Shown here: positions 22,689-32,272 of the stretch, in pieces | How the letters are laid out: each line of letters starts with the position of its first letter | Position numbering within the stretch: the first letter of the stretch is position 1 | IMG/VR virus record: IMGVR_UViG_3300002231_000147 | Location: 1-64,000 of that record | Source of the DNA: an uncultured virus (IMG/VR IMGVR_UViG_3300002231_000147) | Taxonomy: Duplodnaviria; Heunggongvirae; Uroviricota; Caudoviricetes | Direction: 5' to 3' (one strand) | DNA: 64,000 nucleotides | Translations under genes and position numbers: made by a program | The notes under the pieces: generated by a model | Told to the model about the DNA's origin: nothing | Databases searched by the model: none | Seen by the model: the letters and a program-made list of their open reading frames with translations, nothing else

Positions 22689-23000
22689 CTATTCTTTGTT
22701 GGGATCAGTTTCACCAGTGGTAACATGCATCATATAACGATCAATAGCCATCATTAACGCATCATTATCTCGTTGGTTTCCTGCACTAGATGTTACAATA
22801 CAATTACCATCTAAATCATATCCGAATACAATAAATGGTTCGAGATATTCGCTAATTAGGTTAATAAATCGATCATTATTATATGGGAATGTCGGACCAC
22901 TCTCACTAGGGGAACTTACATTTGCTAAATTATGTAAAGCATCTTCTAGTTTATCGAGTGCTTCATTTTCTTCAGGAGTTTCGTCTTCTTTATTAGGCAT
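22689..23000 (-). CDS. Hypothetical protein
   Basis: Start MPNKED at 23000 overlaps the upstream stop; contains EYLEPFIVFGYDLDG. Confidence 0.55.
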   Translation of the reverse strand: MPNKEDETPEENEALDKLEDALHNLANVSSPSESGPTFPYNNDRFINLISEYLEPFIVFGYDLDGNCIVTSSAGNQRDNDALMMAIDRYMMHVTTGETDPNKE

Positions 23001-23319
23001 CTTCTTTAGATTTAGGTTCATACTTACGAACAATATTGTATTCATTAAGATGTTTAGCAATAATCTCGAAAGAGTCAGTTTGGATACGAAGACGGAATGG
23101 GATAAATTGCCCACCGTCATGTAATTCAAACATAATATCTCCTTGAGTTTGTAAATTCTCGTAACAAGTGCAATACACAGCAGCACCAGACGGATCAATA
23201 AGTAGAGTATATTTTCTTGGATCGACTTCTGAGTATTTATCGAAAATCATCCATGTCTCATATCCTGAGTCTTTTAATCTCTTTACGAAATAACCTTTTG
23301 TTGCAATAGTGTTTTTCAT
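22993..23319 (-). CDS. Hypothetical protein
   Basis: 108 aa, coupled to the clamp gene. Confidence 0.6.
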   Translation of the reverse strand: MKNTIATKGYFVKRLKDSGYETWMIFDKYSEVDPRKYTLLIDPSGAAVYCTCYENLQTQGDIMFELHDGGQFIPFRLRIQTDSFEIIAKHLNEYNIVRKYEPKSKEDA

Positions 23320-24053
23320 TAGTTTTTCAATTCTGGTAAAATATAACTTATACTACAATTATTTACTACCGATTGAAGCAAAAATACACCTCTTTTCGCA
23401 TGTTTAACAACAAAATCCTTCTTTCTATTCTGAGAAAGTATCTTAATAAGCTCAAAATCCACTGGACATCCACTCATATTAGTCTCTCCATCGAAGTCTT
23501 CAGCGACCATAACACCAGATACATCCATGTTATCTAGGGAGTAGTCCGTAACATCAGCATACACGTTACCATCAATAAATTTGAAGTAAACTTTATCTAC
23601 TTCTTTATTAGAAGCCTTTAGTTTAATGATTTCTCGAATACTTTCACTAGTTAATGTAAACTTAGTTGTATATTCAAAGTTAGCAATCATACTCACTGGA
23701 ATAGTATTCTTCTGTAGAATACCATCTTCAAACATATGAAGAGTAAATCTCCACTTCTTTGATTTGTATTTGAGTTTATTTGCGTCAAGGACGATCTCAT
23801 CTGAATCAGATAAGTCGGTTGCATTGATCACGTGATTTTTGAACTTAACTACATCACCAATATTGATATTGGTTTCATCATCCAATGTGTAATCCATATC
23901 TTTCTCGATATGTAAAAGGATAGTTCCATCCGAACTATTAGCAGTTGCGTTAATCTTACCATCCTCAACAGTCAATACGACTTTCTCTGCGATATTCGCT
24001 AGAGGCGTTAAGAAATCTGGCACGAAGTTTTCGTCTATTTTAATAAATGGCAT
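23319..24053 (-). CDS. gp45: Sliding clamp
   Basis: 244 aa, alternating beta pattern, NIGDVVKF and C-terminal ISYILPE; in the replication cluster. Confidence 0.7.
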   Translation of the reverse strand: MPFIKIDENFVPDFLTPLANIAEKVVLTVEDGKINATANSSDGTILLHIEKDMDYTLDDETNINIGDVVKFKNHVINATDLSDSDEIVLDANKLKYKSKKWRFTLHMFEDGILQKNTIPVSMIANFEYTTKFTLTSESIREIIKLKASNKEVDKVYFKFIDGNVYADVTDYSLDNMDVSGVMVAEDFDGETNMSGCPVDFELIKILSQNRKKDFVVKHAKRGVFLLQSVVNNCSISYILPELKN

Positions 24054-24059
24054 AATATG

Positions 24060-24605
24060 TTACTCTTGTGGTTCAACCGCAGCTTCGAGAAGGAATGTCA
24101 TTTGTGACAACAACTTCTCATTCTGGGCTTTCAACAACGTAACATCTTTGCGAAGCTCTGTCAACTCCTTATATACAGAATCTGCGCGAACCATATCAAA
24201 ATTAAATTCCATTTGATCCTTGTCTACTGGTGGTTGCATACCAACCATCTCAGGATGCTTAGCGAGCATAGGATGAACTGGTTTTTGTGCAGCAGTTCGT
24301 GGATCAGTTAAATCTGGTGCAACATCATCTGGATTATTTTTCTCATAATCCTCAATCTCAGCCAACATCTCAGGAGTAATTGCTACAGGAGCATAGTTAC
24401 CCTCAGACGGAACAGCTGGAAAGGAAGATTGAGTAGGGGCAGGAACATTACCCCCACTCTTTTTAGCATCTACTAGAGTTTTGTAGATTTTTTGGGTGTG
24501 TTGGCTTCTAAGTCCAGAATCCTTCCCCCCACTTTGATATCTCTTATCAATGTTATGCATCCCTTGCGCGATGTCATTCATCATAGTTAATTCAATGTCT
24601 TCCAT
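24060..24605 (-). CDS. Hypothetical protein with a C-terminal coiled coil
   Basis: Pro-rich linker, DQMEFNF, then heptad repeats. Confidence 0.55.
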   Translation of the reverse strand: MEDIELTMMNDIAQGMHNIDKRYQSGGKDSGLRSQHTQKIYKTLVDAKKSGGNVPAPTQSSFPAVPSEGNYAPVAITPEMLAEIEDYEKNNPDDVAPDLTDPRTAAQKPVHPMLAKHPEMVGMQPPVDKDQMEFNFDMVRADSVYKELTELRKDVTLLKAQNEKLLSQMTFLLEAAVEPQE

Positions 24606-24630
24606 TACTCTAATAAATTCCTTTTAATTT

Positions 24631-25623
24631 TTAATCTTCCATCTCAAGATCAGCCATAATCTGATCCATGTTAAATTCACCATCTTCTTCTTCGACTTCT
24701 TCAGTCTTAGGAGTTGACTTTGCCTTTGATTTAGCAGGTGTCTTTGTCTTTGCCTTTGCCTTTGCCGCAGGTTTTGATTCCTCTACAGGAGCTTTAACTT
24801 CAGGCTCAGAATCAAGTTCCTTTGAGAGATCATTTAGATCAGGAACATTTTCCTCGGAACCATCAGATGCATCAACTTCTTTATCAAGGAAGTGAACATC
24901 AATTGCTTCTTTAAGTTCATCGTAGCTCTTGACTGTGTAAACCTCAGACAAGTTAAATGCACGATTATCCCAATACTCTTCAGACTCTTCAGCAGTAACG
25001 CCAATGTCAGAAGGATTCTTGAAATAAGACTCCTTATAGTTCTTGAAACCAGCACCGTTGTCACCAACTACGAGACATAGGTTACATCCCTTTGGAGATA
25101 AATCGAATACACGAGCACCGAAGTCAGCTTTACGGAGACCCATAAAGTGATTTTGGATAATGTCATGAATCTGCTTACCAACACGGAGAATCTTTACCTT
25201 ACCGTTATTGTCTGGGTTCACTGGATCATCAACGATCAGTGCATTTACCAACCAACCTTGTTGCTTCCAAATCTTTCGTGCCTTCTTCATGCGCGAATCT
25301 TCTTTATCAAGACCCATTTCCTTATATTGGTCTGTGAGACCATAAGAGAACTTAGCGATTGGATTTGGTTGATCAATCATCTGTGGGTCTAGGTATTCAA
25401 CATACTTACCTGTTGAATAGGACTTCCAACCGTGGTATGAGAAGTCAAAAGTAGTATTAATTTCCTTTTGACCATCAACCTCAACCCGAAATGGGAATAG
25501 GCGCACTTCATACACTTTATCTTTTTCTAGACGAAGGATGTCCTTATATTGTCCTCCACCTGTTGGTGCTTTTTTTTCAAACGATGCTTGTAGCGCATCA
25601 AACATATTATATATGTCACTCAT
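24631..25623 (-). CDS. gp32: Single-stranded DNA-binding protein
   Basis: VRLFP, NALIVDDPVNPDNNGKVKILRVGKQI, FDLSPKGCN, NYKESYF and an acidic tail. Confidence 0.9.
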   Translation of the reverse strand: MSDIYNMFDALQASFEKKAPTGGGQYKDILRLEKDKVYEVRLFPFRVEVDGQKEINTTFDFSYHGWKSYSTGKYVEYLDPQMIDQPNPIAKFSYGLTDQYKEMGLDKEDSRMKKARKIWKQQGWLVNALIVDDPVNPDNNGKVKILRVGKQIHDIIQNHFMGLRKADFGARVFDLSPKGCNLCLVVGDNGAGFKNYKESYFKNPSDIGVTAEESEEYWDNRAFNLSEVYTVKSYDELKEAIDVHFLDKEVDASDGSEENVPDLNDLSKELDSEPEVKAPVEESKPAAKAKAKTKTPAKSKAKSTPKTEEVEEEDGEFNMDQIMADLEMED

Positions 25624-25718
25624 CTGTTATTTCCTTTATTTTATCTGTTATTCGACACGTCTATGTGTCATTTGTTTGTTGTAGTGAGGACGTAAACGCC
25701 CCACAAATCTATATTATA
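25624..25718 (-). promoter_or_regulatory. Structured 5' leader of gp32 (putative autoregulatory operator)
   Basis: TATAAT at 25713-25718, hairpins at 25684-25704 and 25654-25669, and AATAACAGAT twice before the ATG. Confidence 0.55.
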
Positions 25719-25721
25719 CAA

Positions 25722-26345
25722 TTATTTAATCTTTTGCAATCCTTTTTTTGCCAAAACACGACATTTTTTTGAAAAGTTGTATTTTCTATGCATATTATCC
25801 CACGTTGCATACAGGTCTCCAAACAATGCTTTCTTCAGTTCAGTATCGATAGAAGAGAAGATGTCTCGGAAGTCATCATATGCGAATAGGAAGTATATTG
25901 AAACCTGATCGTGTTTAAGGTGTTCAAGGAAAATATAATTACCTTCCTTGTGTCTAATGTAATCACTAACGGCGATCTGTTTATTCTTACAATATCTATA
26001 CACGAACTTCAAACTAGATATCACTCGTTCTAATTGAACGGTGGTATCTGGATCACTTAACACAATCTGTTTTTTGTAATTAATATAACAGTTTAGTGCC
26101 TTACGTTTGGTGTAGAATTCTAATGGGAAGAACTTCTGATCGACCCATAACTTATATGGAGCTATCATGAACATGTCAATATCAATATGCGGGTATCTAC
26201 CAAAGAATAATCCTAATTTTGTTAGGGCATTTTCGATCTCAGGTTTGACATCATCGAAGTTCTTTTTGTATTTGAACCCCCGACCTTGTGCCTCACCGAT
26301 TACTCGCAAGTATGTATTATAAATGTTCTTATGTGCGTGTTCCAT
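25722..26345 (-). CDS. Putative helicase loader (gp59-like)
   Basis: Basic and aromatic, 207 aa, IYNTYLR...FKYKK; directly upstream of gp32 as in T4. Confidence 0.5.
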   Translation of the reverse strand: MEHAHKNIYNTYLRVIGEAQGRGFKYKKNFDDVKPEIENALTKLGLFFGRYPHIDIDMFMIAPYKLWVDQKFFPLEFYTKRKALNCYINYKKQIVLSDPDTTVQLERVISSLKFVYRYCKNKQIAVSDYIRHKEGNYIFLEHLKHDQVSIYFLFAYDDFRDIFSSIDTELKKALFGDLYATWDNMHRKYNFSKKCRVLAKKGLQKIK

Positions 26346-26589
26346 TATTGATTATCTTCTTCAAAAATTTGCTCTTAATTATACTCTCATCGAACTTTAA
26401 AAACTGTAGAACACCCTCACGCTCGCAAGAGAATCCACAAAATTCGAGATACAATTCCATTAAGTCATCATCACCGATGATCGTGACAAAAATGGATGGG
26501 TAATTCATTTTCTTATTCTTGATAATACATACCAGAACACAGAACTTGATCACCAACTCATTGTATTCATTTAATTCCAACTCGTACAA
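26329..26589 (-). CDS. Small protein, possibly a gp33-like late co-activator
   Basis: Fits the T4 order 33-59-32; KNKKMNYPSIF has weak similarity. Confidence 0.3.
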   Translation of the reverse strand: MYELELNEYNELVIKFCVLVCIIKNKKMNYPSIFVTIIGDDDLMELYLEFCGFSCEREGVLQFLKFDESIIKSKFLKKIINNGTRT

Positions 26590-26625
26590 GCGGAGACTTC
26601 TACAAAAAATTCATTGTGTAACATA

Positions 26626-27444
26626 TTATATAATCTCAGATTGGTTAGTCATTCCCTTGGTAATTCCCAAGAATTTCTTTGTGATCTTGCCTGAGCAAAA
26701 CCCTTCACCACCAAGCACACCTTCACAATAATTATCACAAAACCGTTTAACATCACGATTGGATTGATACATTCTCTTGAAGTAAACCTTCATTGTAGAG
26801 ATGTCGATTAGGTTTAGGTTATCATATAATTTATGATACTTGAAAACGAAGTCAGTGTAATATTTGATTGGCGCATTAACGAAATACAATCCGCTCAATT
26901 CATACGCTTCTTGTGGTTGTTTCTTAAAATCATCAAGGTGGGTTTTAATTACCTTACCAAATTTGGAAATGTCCTCCCAACCATCTTTAAAATGGTCATT
27001 AAACTTCTTCGGATCGATATTATTGAATAAGATATTCATAAAATATGATTCCTTGTGTTTAAAGTTGTTCTGAATAGCTTCCATCATGTATTTAATATAC
27101 GTAACTTTATCCGCAGACATCTTCTTACCTTTGGAATATGTCTTGAGAACATATTCAAATGAACTCATATTGGTATTTCCAAGATCAGATGGGATACCGA
27201 TGACCTTATACCCCTTGAATAGCTTACGCATCTTCTGGTTGATCTCTTTAGTGAACCCAACAAGGATAATCGTATCACCCTTGTCACATTTATCCATCAA
27301 GAAGAAATCCATATCATTCTGTAGTGAGTTATAAAATGTGAACAGAGAATCCTTTCCCTTCATTCCACACCATTCCATAACCAACTTAGTTGATACGTAA
27401 GTTAATCTTGAATTAACTACATAAAATAAATTATTTTTTGACAT
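26626..27444 (-). CDS. Degenerate DHH/DHHA1-like protein
   Basis: C-terminal KVYFKR...FCDNYCEGVLGGEGFCSGKITKKFL is DHHA1-like. The catalytic DxD, DHH and GGGH motifs are absent. Confidence 0.45.
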   Translation of the reverse strand: MSKNNLFYVVNSRLTYVSTKLVMEWCGMKGKDSLFTFYNSLQNDMDFFLMDKCDKGDTIILVGFTKEINQKMRKLFKGYKVIGIPSDLGNTNMSSFEYVLKTYSKGKKMSADKVTYIKYMMEAIQNNFKHKESYFMNILFNNIDPKKFNDHFKDGWEDISKFGKVIKTHLDDFKKQPQEAYELSGLYFVNAPIKYYTDFVFKYHKLYDNLNLIDISTMKVYFKRMYQSNRDVKRFCDNYCEGVLGGEGFCSGKITKKFLGITKGMTNQSEII

Positions 27445-27481
27445 ATTATCAATTATTTATGGGATTATATTTAAAAGTCAA

Positions 27482-28825
27482 TTAATCATCCTCCAACAAA
27501 TCCATTACAGATAATGCTTGTATTTGAGCTTTGATATCATCATCCATTTCTTCCTTATCTTCCTCGTATATAACATCAACTTCCTTAAGAACTAACGTTC
27601 GAGGGTTTAGTTCCATCATAGCTGAACCAAAGTTTTCACCAATACGGTTTTTAATGATACCAATACGGATAGTTCCAGTCTCGATATCTTCCTCAAGTCT
27701 CCAAATACTAGCGATGAAGTCAGCAGTGTGTGCAATACCCATCGATTCCGATGTATTATCAAGCTTAGGTTGCTCACCAGATACACCAGCACGGTTAGCT
27801 TGGATAACTGTAATGAAGGAAACACCATACTTATATGAAAGTGCGCGAATATCTTCAGCAAGTTGCTTACCATTCTCATACATTCCGTTACTTGACTCAA
27901 CACGCATGAGTGTAATGTAGTCAAGGTAGACCATATTGAAGGCGTATCCCTTCTTTTTGATCTTAGCTAGGTAGGCATCAAGTCCAGCAACAGTTAATTT
28001 ACCTGGTGGGAACTCCTTTAGTAGTAATTTTGCATCAGGATTATCTTCCTGAACCTTCTTAATCCTTGCCCTGAAATCGTCTACCTCATCCTTTAGGTCA
28101 TCGATAGGTAGTTCGGATAGATTAGCCGACAAACGCTGCGCATACAGCTGTTCATCCATCTCCAAAGAGATAATAGGGACACAAAGGTTTTGTTTTACGG
28201 AGTTTGCTGCAAGATTACCTAGAACAATACTCTTACCAGCATTAGTTCCACCCATGAATACGTATAATGCTCGACCATTTGCATTAAATCCACCCTTTAG
28301 CTTCTCATCTAAGAATGGGAACCCCGTTGGGATACGTTTATGATCTTGCTGAAGCCAATTAATATGGGTTTCGATGTCTTTAAAGTAATCGTGACCAATA
28401 TCAGTGACAATAGTAAGTCCACAAGCGTCTTTAAACCGTTCAGCGATCTCTGAATCAGAATAATCATTGAAATTTTTACTAACTTCAACCAATGTGCGCA
28501 TGATTGATTGCTCACGGAAGAATATTTCAGTCTGTTTGATTAAAATATCAATATCAACTGAGATATCCATACCCTTAAAGGCATTGACTACCCTAGCCAA
28601 TGACTTCTTGGTATCTTTTGATGTGATAATTGTCTTTAATTCAGTTATATTAGGGTATTTTTTATACTCTTCATGGAACTGAATTACTTTTTTAAAGACA
28701 TTCTTAACATCTGTGTTGGAAAAAAACGCTGTATCCACATGCTCGATGATACTACCCATGAAATATGGGCTTTTAATGGCATGGAATAGGATATTTTTCT
28801 CTAAAAACTCGTGGTCTACTTGCAT
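27482..28825 (-). CDS. gp41: Replicative DNA helicase
   Basis: IPTGFPFLD, GGTNAGKS, ISLEM, LKEFP, YLDYITL, QANR, SESMGIAHTAD and KNRIG. Confidence 0.95.
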   Translation of the reverse strand: MQVDHEFLEKNILFHAIKSPYFMGSIIEHVDTAFFSNTDVKNVFKKVIQFHEEYKKYPNITELKTIITSKDTKKSLARVVNAFKGMDISVDIDILIKQTEIFFREQSIMRTLVEVSKNFNDYSDSEIAERFKDACGLTIVTDIGHDYFKDIETHINWLQQDHKRIPTGFPFLDEKLKGGFNANGRALYVFMGGTNAGKSIVLGNLAANSVKQNLCVPIISLEMDEQLYAQRLSANLSELPIDDLKDEVDDFRARIKKVQEDNPDAKLLLKEFPPGKLTVAGLDAYLAKIKKKGYAFNMVYLDYITLMRVESSNGMYENGKQLAEDIRALSYKYGVSFITVIQANRAGVSGEQPKLDNTSESMGIAHTADFIASIWRLEEDIETGTIRIGIIKNRIGENFGSAMMELNPRTLVLKEVDVIYEEDKEEMDDDIKAQIQALSVMDLLEDD

Positions 28826-28837
28826 TTAACGTATATA

Positions 28838-29086
28838 TCAGAACAGTTCACCTTTGTCAACGAGCATTTCATCAAGCTCTTCTTTAGTGAATACACATTT
28901 GTAATCAACTCGCGTAGTAGACGCAGGATAGACTGATTGATAAAAATCGGAAGTTAATACAGGGAAATATATATCTTGATACTCACCTTCTGGGTAATTT
29001 ATACTCTTTAGTAATGAACTATTGTAAAAATTATCATGTAATTTATTTAACACATTGTTAGGAAAATTAGGAACCTTCAAAAACAA
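28838..29086 (-). CDS. Hypothetical protein
   Basis: 82-aa ORF; may join the upstream ORF through indels. Confidence 0.4.
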   Translation of the reverse strand: MFLKVPNFPNNVLNKLHDNFYNSSLLKSINYPEGEYQDIYFPVLTSDFYQSVYPASTTRVDYKCVFTKEELDEMLVDKGELF

Positions 29087-29388
29087 ATAATTTCCCTCGA
29101 ATGATACACCACACCTTGGAGAATATTTAACATCATACCATTCAATATTATCTTCAGATAATGTAAAATTCCTCCAAAATTCCTCCTATATGATGTTACC
29201 AACAACATAGGTAAGCCAGTGATTGCCCTTACCGACCTATCGTGCCTTCTCGCAAAATTCTTCAAATATAATTTAAAGTGTTTTGCGTGTTGTAGTAAAT
29301 CCTTTGATGGTATTCGAGGGACTTCATCACCTATATACTCCAATACTGGTTTCCACTTTTCTACTAATTCAATTTCTTCTTTTTTCAT
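29077..29388 (-). CDS. Small protein with an N-terminus resembling the gp23 delta domain (likely frameshifted)
   Basis: LVEKWKPVLEY motif. Confidence 0.4.
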   Translation of the reverse strand: MKKEEIELVEKWKPVLEYIGDEVPRIPSKDLLQHAKHFKLYLKNFARRHDRSVRAITGLPMLLVTSYRRNFGGILHYLKIILNGMMLNILQGVVYHSREIICF

Positions 29389-29648
29389 ATTTGTTTACTA
29401 TATCTGTAATAAAAACAGGGATCATAATAACCATATGCCCAATAACCGACAGTCGTATCGCAATTTTTGCAGATGACGACATACTCACATACGGTATAAT
29501 CAATTGAGTCAACCGTTTTCCGAAAAAGATGGGTTGATTTACACCTGTAGCACCTAGTGGGACTCAAGTCTTCAACCTTATAGTAGTTATCTCTAACTCT
29601 TTCCCACCAAAGCTTGGAAATTAAATAATTGATCGCATTCCTGAACAT
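29385..29648 (-). CDS. Small Zn-finger protein
   Basis: CYRC...CKNC followed by GYWAYG; ATGA coupling to the next gene. Confidence 0.55.
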   Translation of the reverse strand: MFRNAINYLISKLWWERVRDNYYKVEDLSPTRCYRCKSTHLFRKTVDSIDYTVCEYVVICKNCDTTVGYWAYGYYDPCFYYRYSKQI

Positions 29649-30387
29649 AATTCTCCTGTATTTCAATGAGATTAACCTTATCTCTAGGTAAGTCAAGAAC
29701 AAATGGTGAGTGACATGCGGCAATAATTTGGAATTTATCGGAGAATTGTAATAAAACTTCCAATAATTTCTTCTGTTTTGGTAAACTGATAGACCTTTCA
29801 GGCTCATCTAATAGGATTGTGACCCTACCATCACTAGGTAATGACTTCAAATACTCAATTTGGGCATCAATATCATCAAACAACTCCCTCATCTTGGTCT
29901 CGTTAGCAAAAATATCAGGTGGACTAGCCAACATTTGGAACAATTTGTTCATTTTCTTGAGTCGATATTGCCCAGATGATGGTTTTTCGAACATATCTTC
30001 AAACCTTTCTGCCTCAGTAGACAAACCATCCTCAGAATTACCACCTGTATTCTGATAAAACCAAGCATTATTGTCTGAAATATCACCTGAATTATAGAAA
30101 ACGGGTGTTCCATCCCAATCTACGATAGCTTTATCCTTATCAGGAGACATTGCACAGTAGCAATGAGGGAATGCGATGGGGGCAAGTGCCTTCGGATCGA
30201 CTAATGTAGTCCAACCCGCTTTAGGAATAGAGCAATATGCCTTCAAGAAGCGTAGTGCTACTGATTTACCCGCACCATTAGGTCCGAAATAGATATTTAG
30301 ACCATCCGTGAACGCATGTTTCTTCGGAGCGTCCTTGTAAATGTCTTCAACAGTAAATCCTTCTGTAAATTCTATACTTTTAATCAT
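29593..30387 (-). CDS. Stand-alone ABC-type ATPase
   Basis: GPNGAGKS, SSGQ signature, LLDEPE and CHSP. Confidence 0.8.
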   Translation of the reverse strand: MIKSIEFTEGFTVEDIYKDAPKKHAFTDGLNIYFGPNGAGKSVALRFLKAYCSIPKAGWTTLVDPKALAPIAFPHCYCAMSPDKDKAIVDWDGTPVFYNSGDISDNNAWFYQNTGGNSEDGLSTEAERFEDMFEKPSSGQYRLKKMNKLFQMLASPPDIFANETKMRELFDDIDAQIEYLKSLPSDGRVTILLDEPERSISLPKQKKLLEVLLQFSDKFQIIAACHSPFVLDLPRDKVNLIEIQENYVQECDQLFNFQALVGKS

Positions 30388-30411
30388 TACTTTATATTAA
30401 TATCGATGTTA

Positions 30412-30969
30412 TTAATCTATCCACCCTTTTGATTGAAATTGCATATCTGATATAAAATCATTCGTTATTTCGTGACTTAACTCCTTGGGTGGAGTTCTTT
30501 CACTACTCGTATCTAAATCAAGGTCATACTCTGCCTCAGTTGCACTAACTTCAGGTCCAGCATCACGATATGCATGAAAGCCAGCAGATAACTTCAATTC
30601 GATCTCTTTGTCAAGCTCATTAGCATACTTAATTAGGTCATTTATTCTAATATCAGTATCATCAGCCAATTCAATAGCCTTGGCAACCTTACCTCGACGT
30701 GTTTGTAGCTTATGTAGATCGAAATTAGTTAACTCTTCACGTGCTTCTTCTTCAGCAAGTTCAACAGCTTCCTTGATCTTAGAAAAATTTCCACGATAGT
30801 TATCACGCTGAGTTTGTTCTTCGGCATCCCGATCTTCCTTTAGTTTACGAAAATGCTTTTCACGAATATCACGAGCATCTTCTGGTGTTAAATCACCTGA
30901 ATCCTTATCAGCAAACGCAGATTCAAGAAATGCATCTACCTCATCTTTTTCCATTTCATCAAAAAACAT
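30412..30969 (-). CDS. Acidic coiled-coil hypothetical protein
   Basis: 185-aa ORF. Confidence 0.55.
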   Translation of the reverse strand: MFFDEMEKDEVDAFLESAFADKDSGDLTPEDARDIREKHFRKLKEDRDAEEQTQRDNYRGNFSKIKEAVELAEEEAREELTNFDLHKLQTRRGKVAKAIELADDTDIRINDLIKYANELDKEIELKLSAGFHAYRDAGPEVSATEAEYDLDLDTSSERTPPKELSHEITNDFISDMQFQSKGWID

Positions 30970-30970
30970 A

Positions 30971-31489
30971 TTATTTTTCCCTTCTCATTGAATGAACAAT
31001 ACTTTGTTCCATTTTTGTCATTGGACGGTTGTCCTTCTTTTCATCAACCTCTAATTGAGCGAGTAACGCAAGTAATCCGTTGATACGCTTACCCTCATTA
31101 TTCATATATGCATCATATACGGGCTTACCCTTACCATCCTTAGAAACTACCTTACCATGGAGCTTTGAGCTATCTCCAACAAACACCTTTGGTCTCTGTG
31201 CTTCAAGTTCTGCTTCAATATCTCGCTTAACTGTTTCCTTCGTTAAGGTATTAACAGCTTCCTTAACCTTTGGTTTAACTTTAGTATCTACTTTAGATTC
31301 TTCCCCATCGATTTTAATGTCAAAAACATTTTCACCATCGATAATCGCGATACGCTTCTTACCCTTACCGTAATCCTTATACTTTACAATAGGGTCATCA
31401 AAACCATTCCCGCGAAGAATATCCTCAATGATTTCTTCATCGTCCTGTTTCTTGATTTTTTCTAATAACTTGCCCTCGATTGTTAACAT
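30971..31489 (-). CDS. Hypothetical protein
   Basis: 172-aa charged ORF. Confidence 0.55.
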   Translation of the reverse strand: MLTIEGKLLEKIKKQDDEEIIEDILRGNGFDDPIVKYKDYGKGKKRIAIIDGENVFDIKIDGEESKVDTKVKPKVKEAVNTLTKETVKRDIEAELEAQRPKVFVGDSSKLHGKVVSKDGKGKPVYDAYMNNEGKRINGLLALLAQLEVDEKKDNRPMTKMEQSIVHSMRREK

Positions 31490-31577
31490 TGTATATCACC
31501 TTTCATATATCCTAAGTATGAGTTGACGTTTACAAAGTCCTCAACTGTTTTAATTGTTTCACTTATCATAATTTTTT

Positions 31578-32270
31578 TTAGTTAGTTTTCCACTTGTTAT
31601 AGAAATATTTATTCCCGTTAGTCCATTCTTTATTATTTATGTCATTGAGACCGTGTGACTTATGGATAATCCATAGCGGAATTGTAGTTAATTTCAATCC
31701 AGATTTATTTGCTTCGAGACAAAAATCAAGATCATAAAAGTGAAATTTTGATGGACATGATTCATCGAAACGAATATTTTTTTCATTAATGTCTTTAACA
31801 TTTACTGCAATAAAAACACCATCCAGTAAAACTACACGTCTAGGCATCGCACCAAAATTTGTCATGAACATAGATGTTTCACTACCTTGTTCATAGTGAG
31901 CAACAGCACCTGACATCGAATTACGATCCCCCATCAAGTGCCATAGATTTTTCTCACCTAGTTTACATTTTTGATTTCCAGCTACACCGCAGATAGAATA
32001 CTCAGATTCATCTCCGATGTAGCTTTCAATCTTTTCAACTAACATACCATCCTCGATACTAATATCATCGTGACAGAATATAATGTAGTCGTAATCTGAA
32101 TACTCTTCGATCTTTTGATTATATAGTGATTGGATTGATTGTGTATTTTCACATACAACATCCAATATCACATCAAATACATCAAGTGATAATTTATATA
32201 CACTTTTATATAATAGAGTATCCTCAGCCTTCGATTGTGGGGAGGGTGATACGATTACGATTCTTTTCAT
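31578..32270 (-). CDS. GT-A glycosyltransferase (GT2-like)
   Basis: LYNQKI, IFCHDDI, CGVAG, LLDGVFIAV, FHFYDLDFC and IHKSHG. Confidence 0.85.
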   Translation of the reverse strand: MKRIVIVSPSPQSKAEDTLLYKSVYKLSLDVFDVILDVVCENTQSIQSLYNQKIEEYSDYDYIIFCHDDISIEDGMLVEKIESYIGDESEYSICGVAGNQKCKLGEKNLWHLMGDRNSMSGAVAHYEQGSETSMFMTNFGAMPRRVVLLDGVFIAVNVKDINEKNIRFDESCPSKFHFYDLDFCLEANKSGLKLTTIPLWIIHKSHGLNDINNKEWTNGNKYFYNKWKTN

Positions 32271-32272
32271 TT

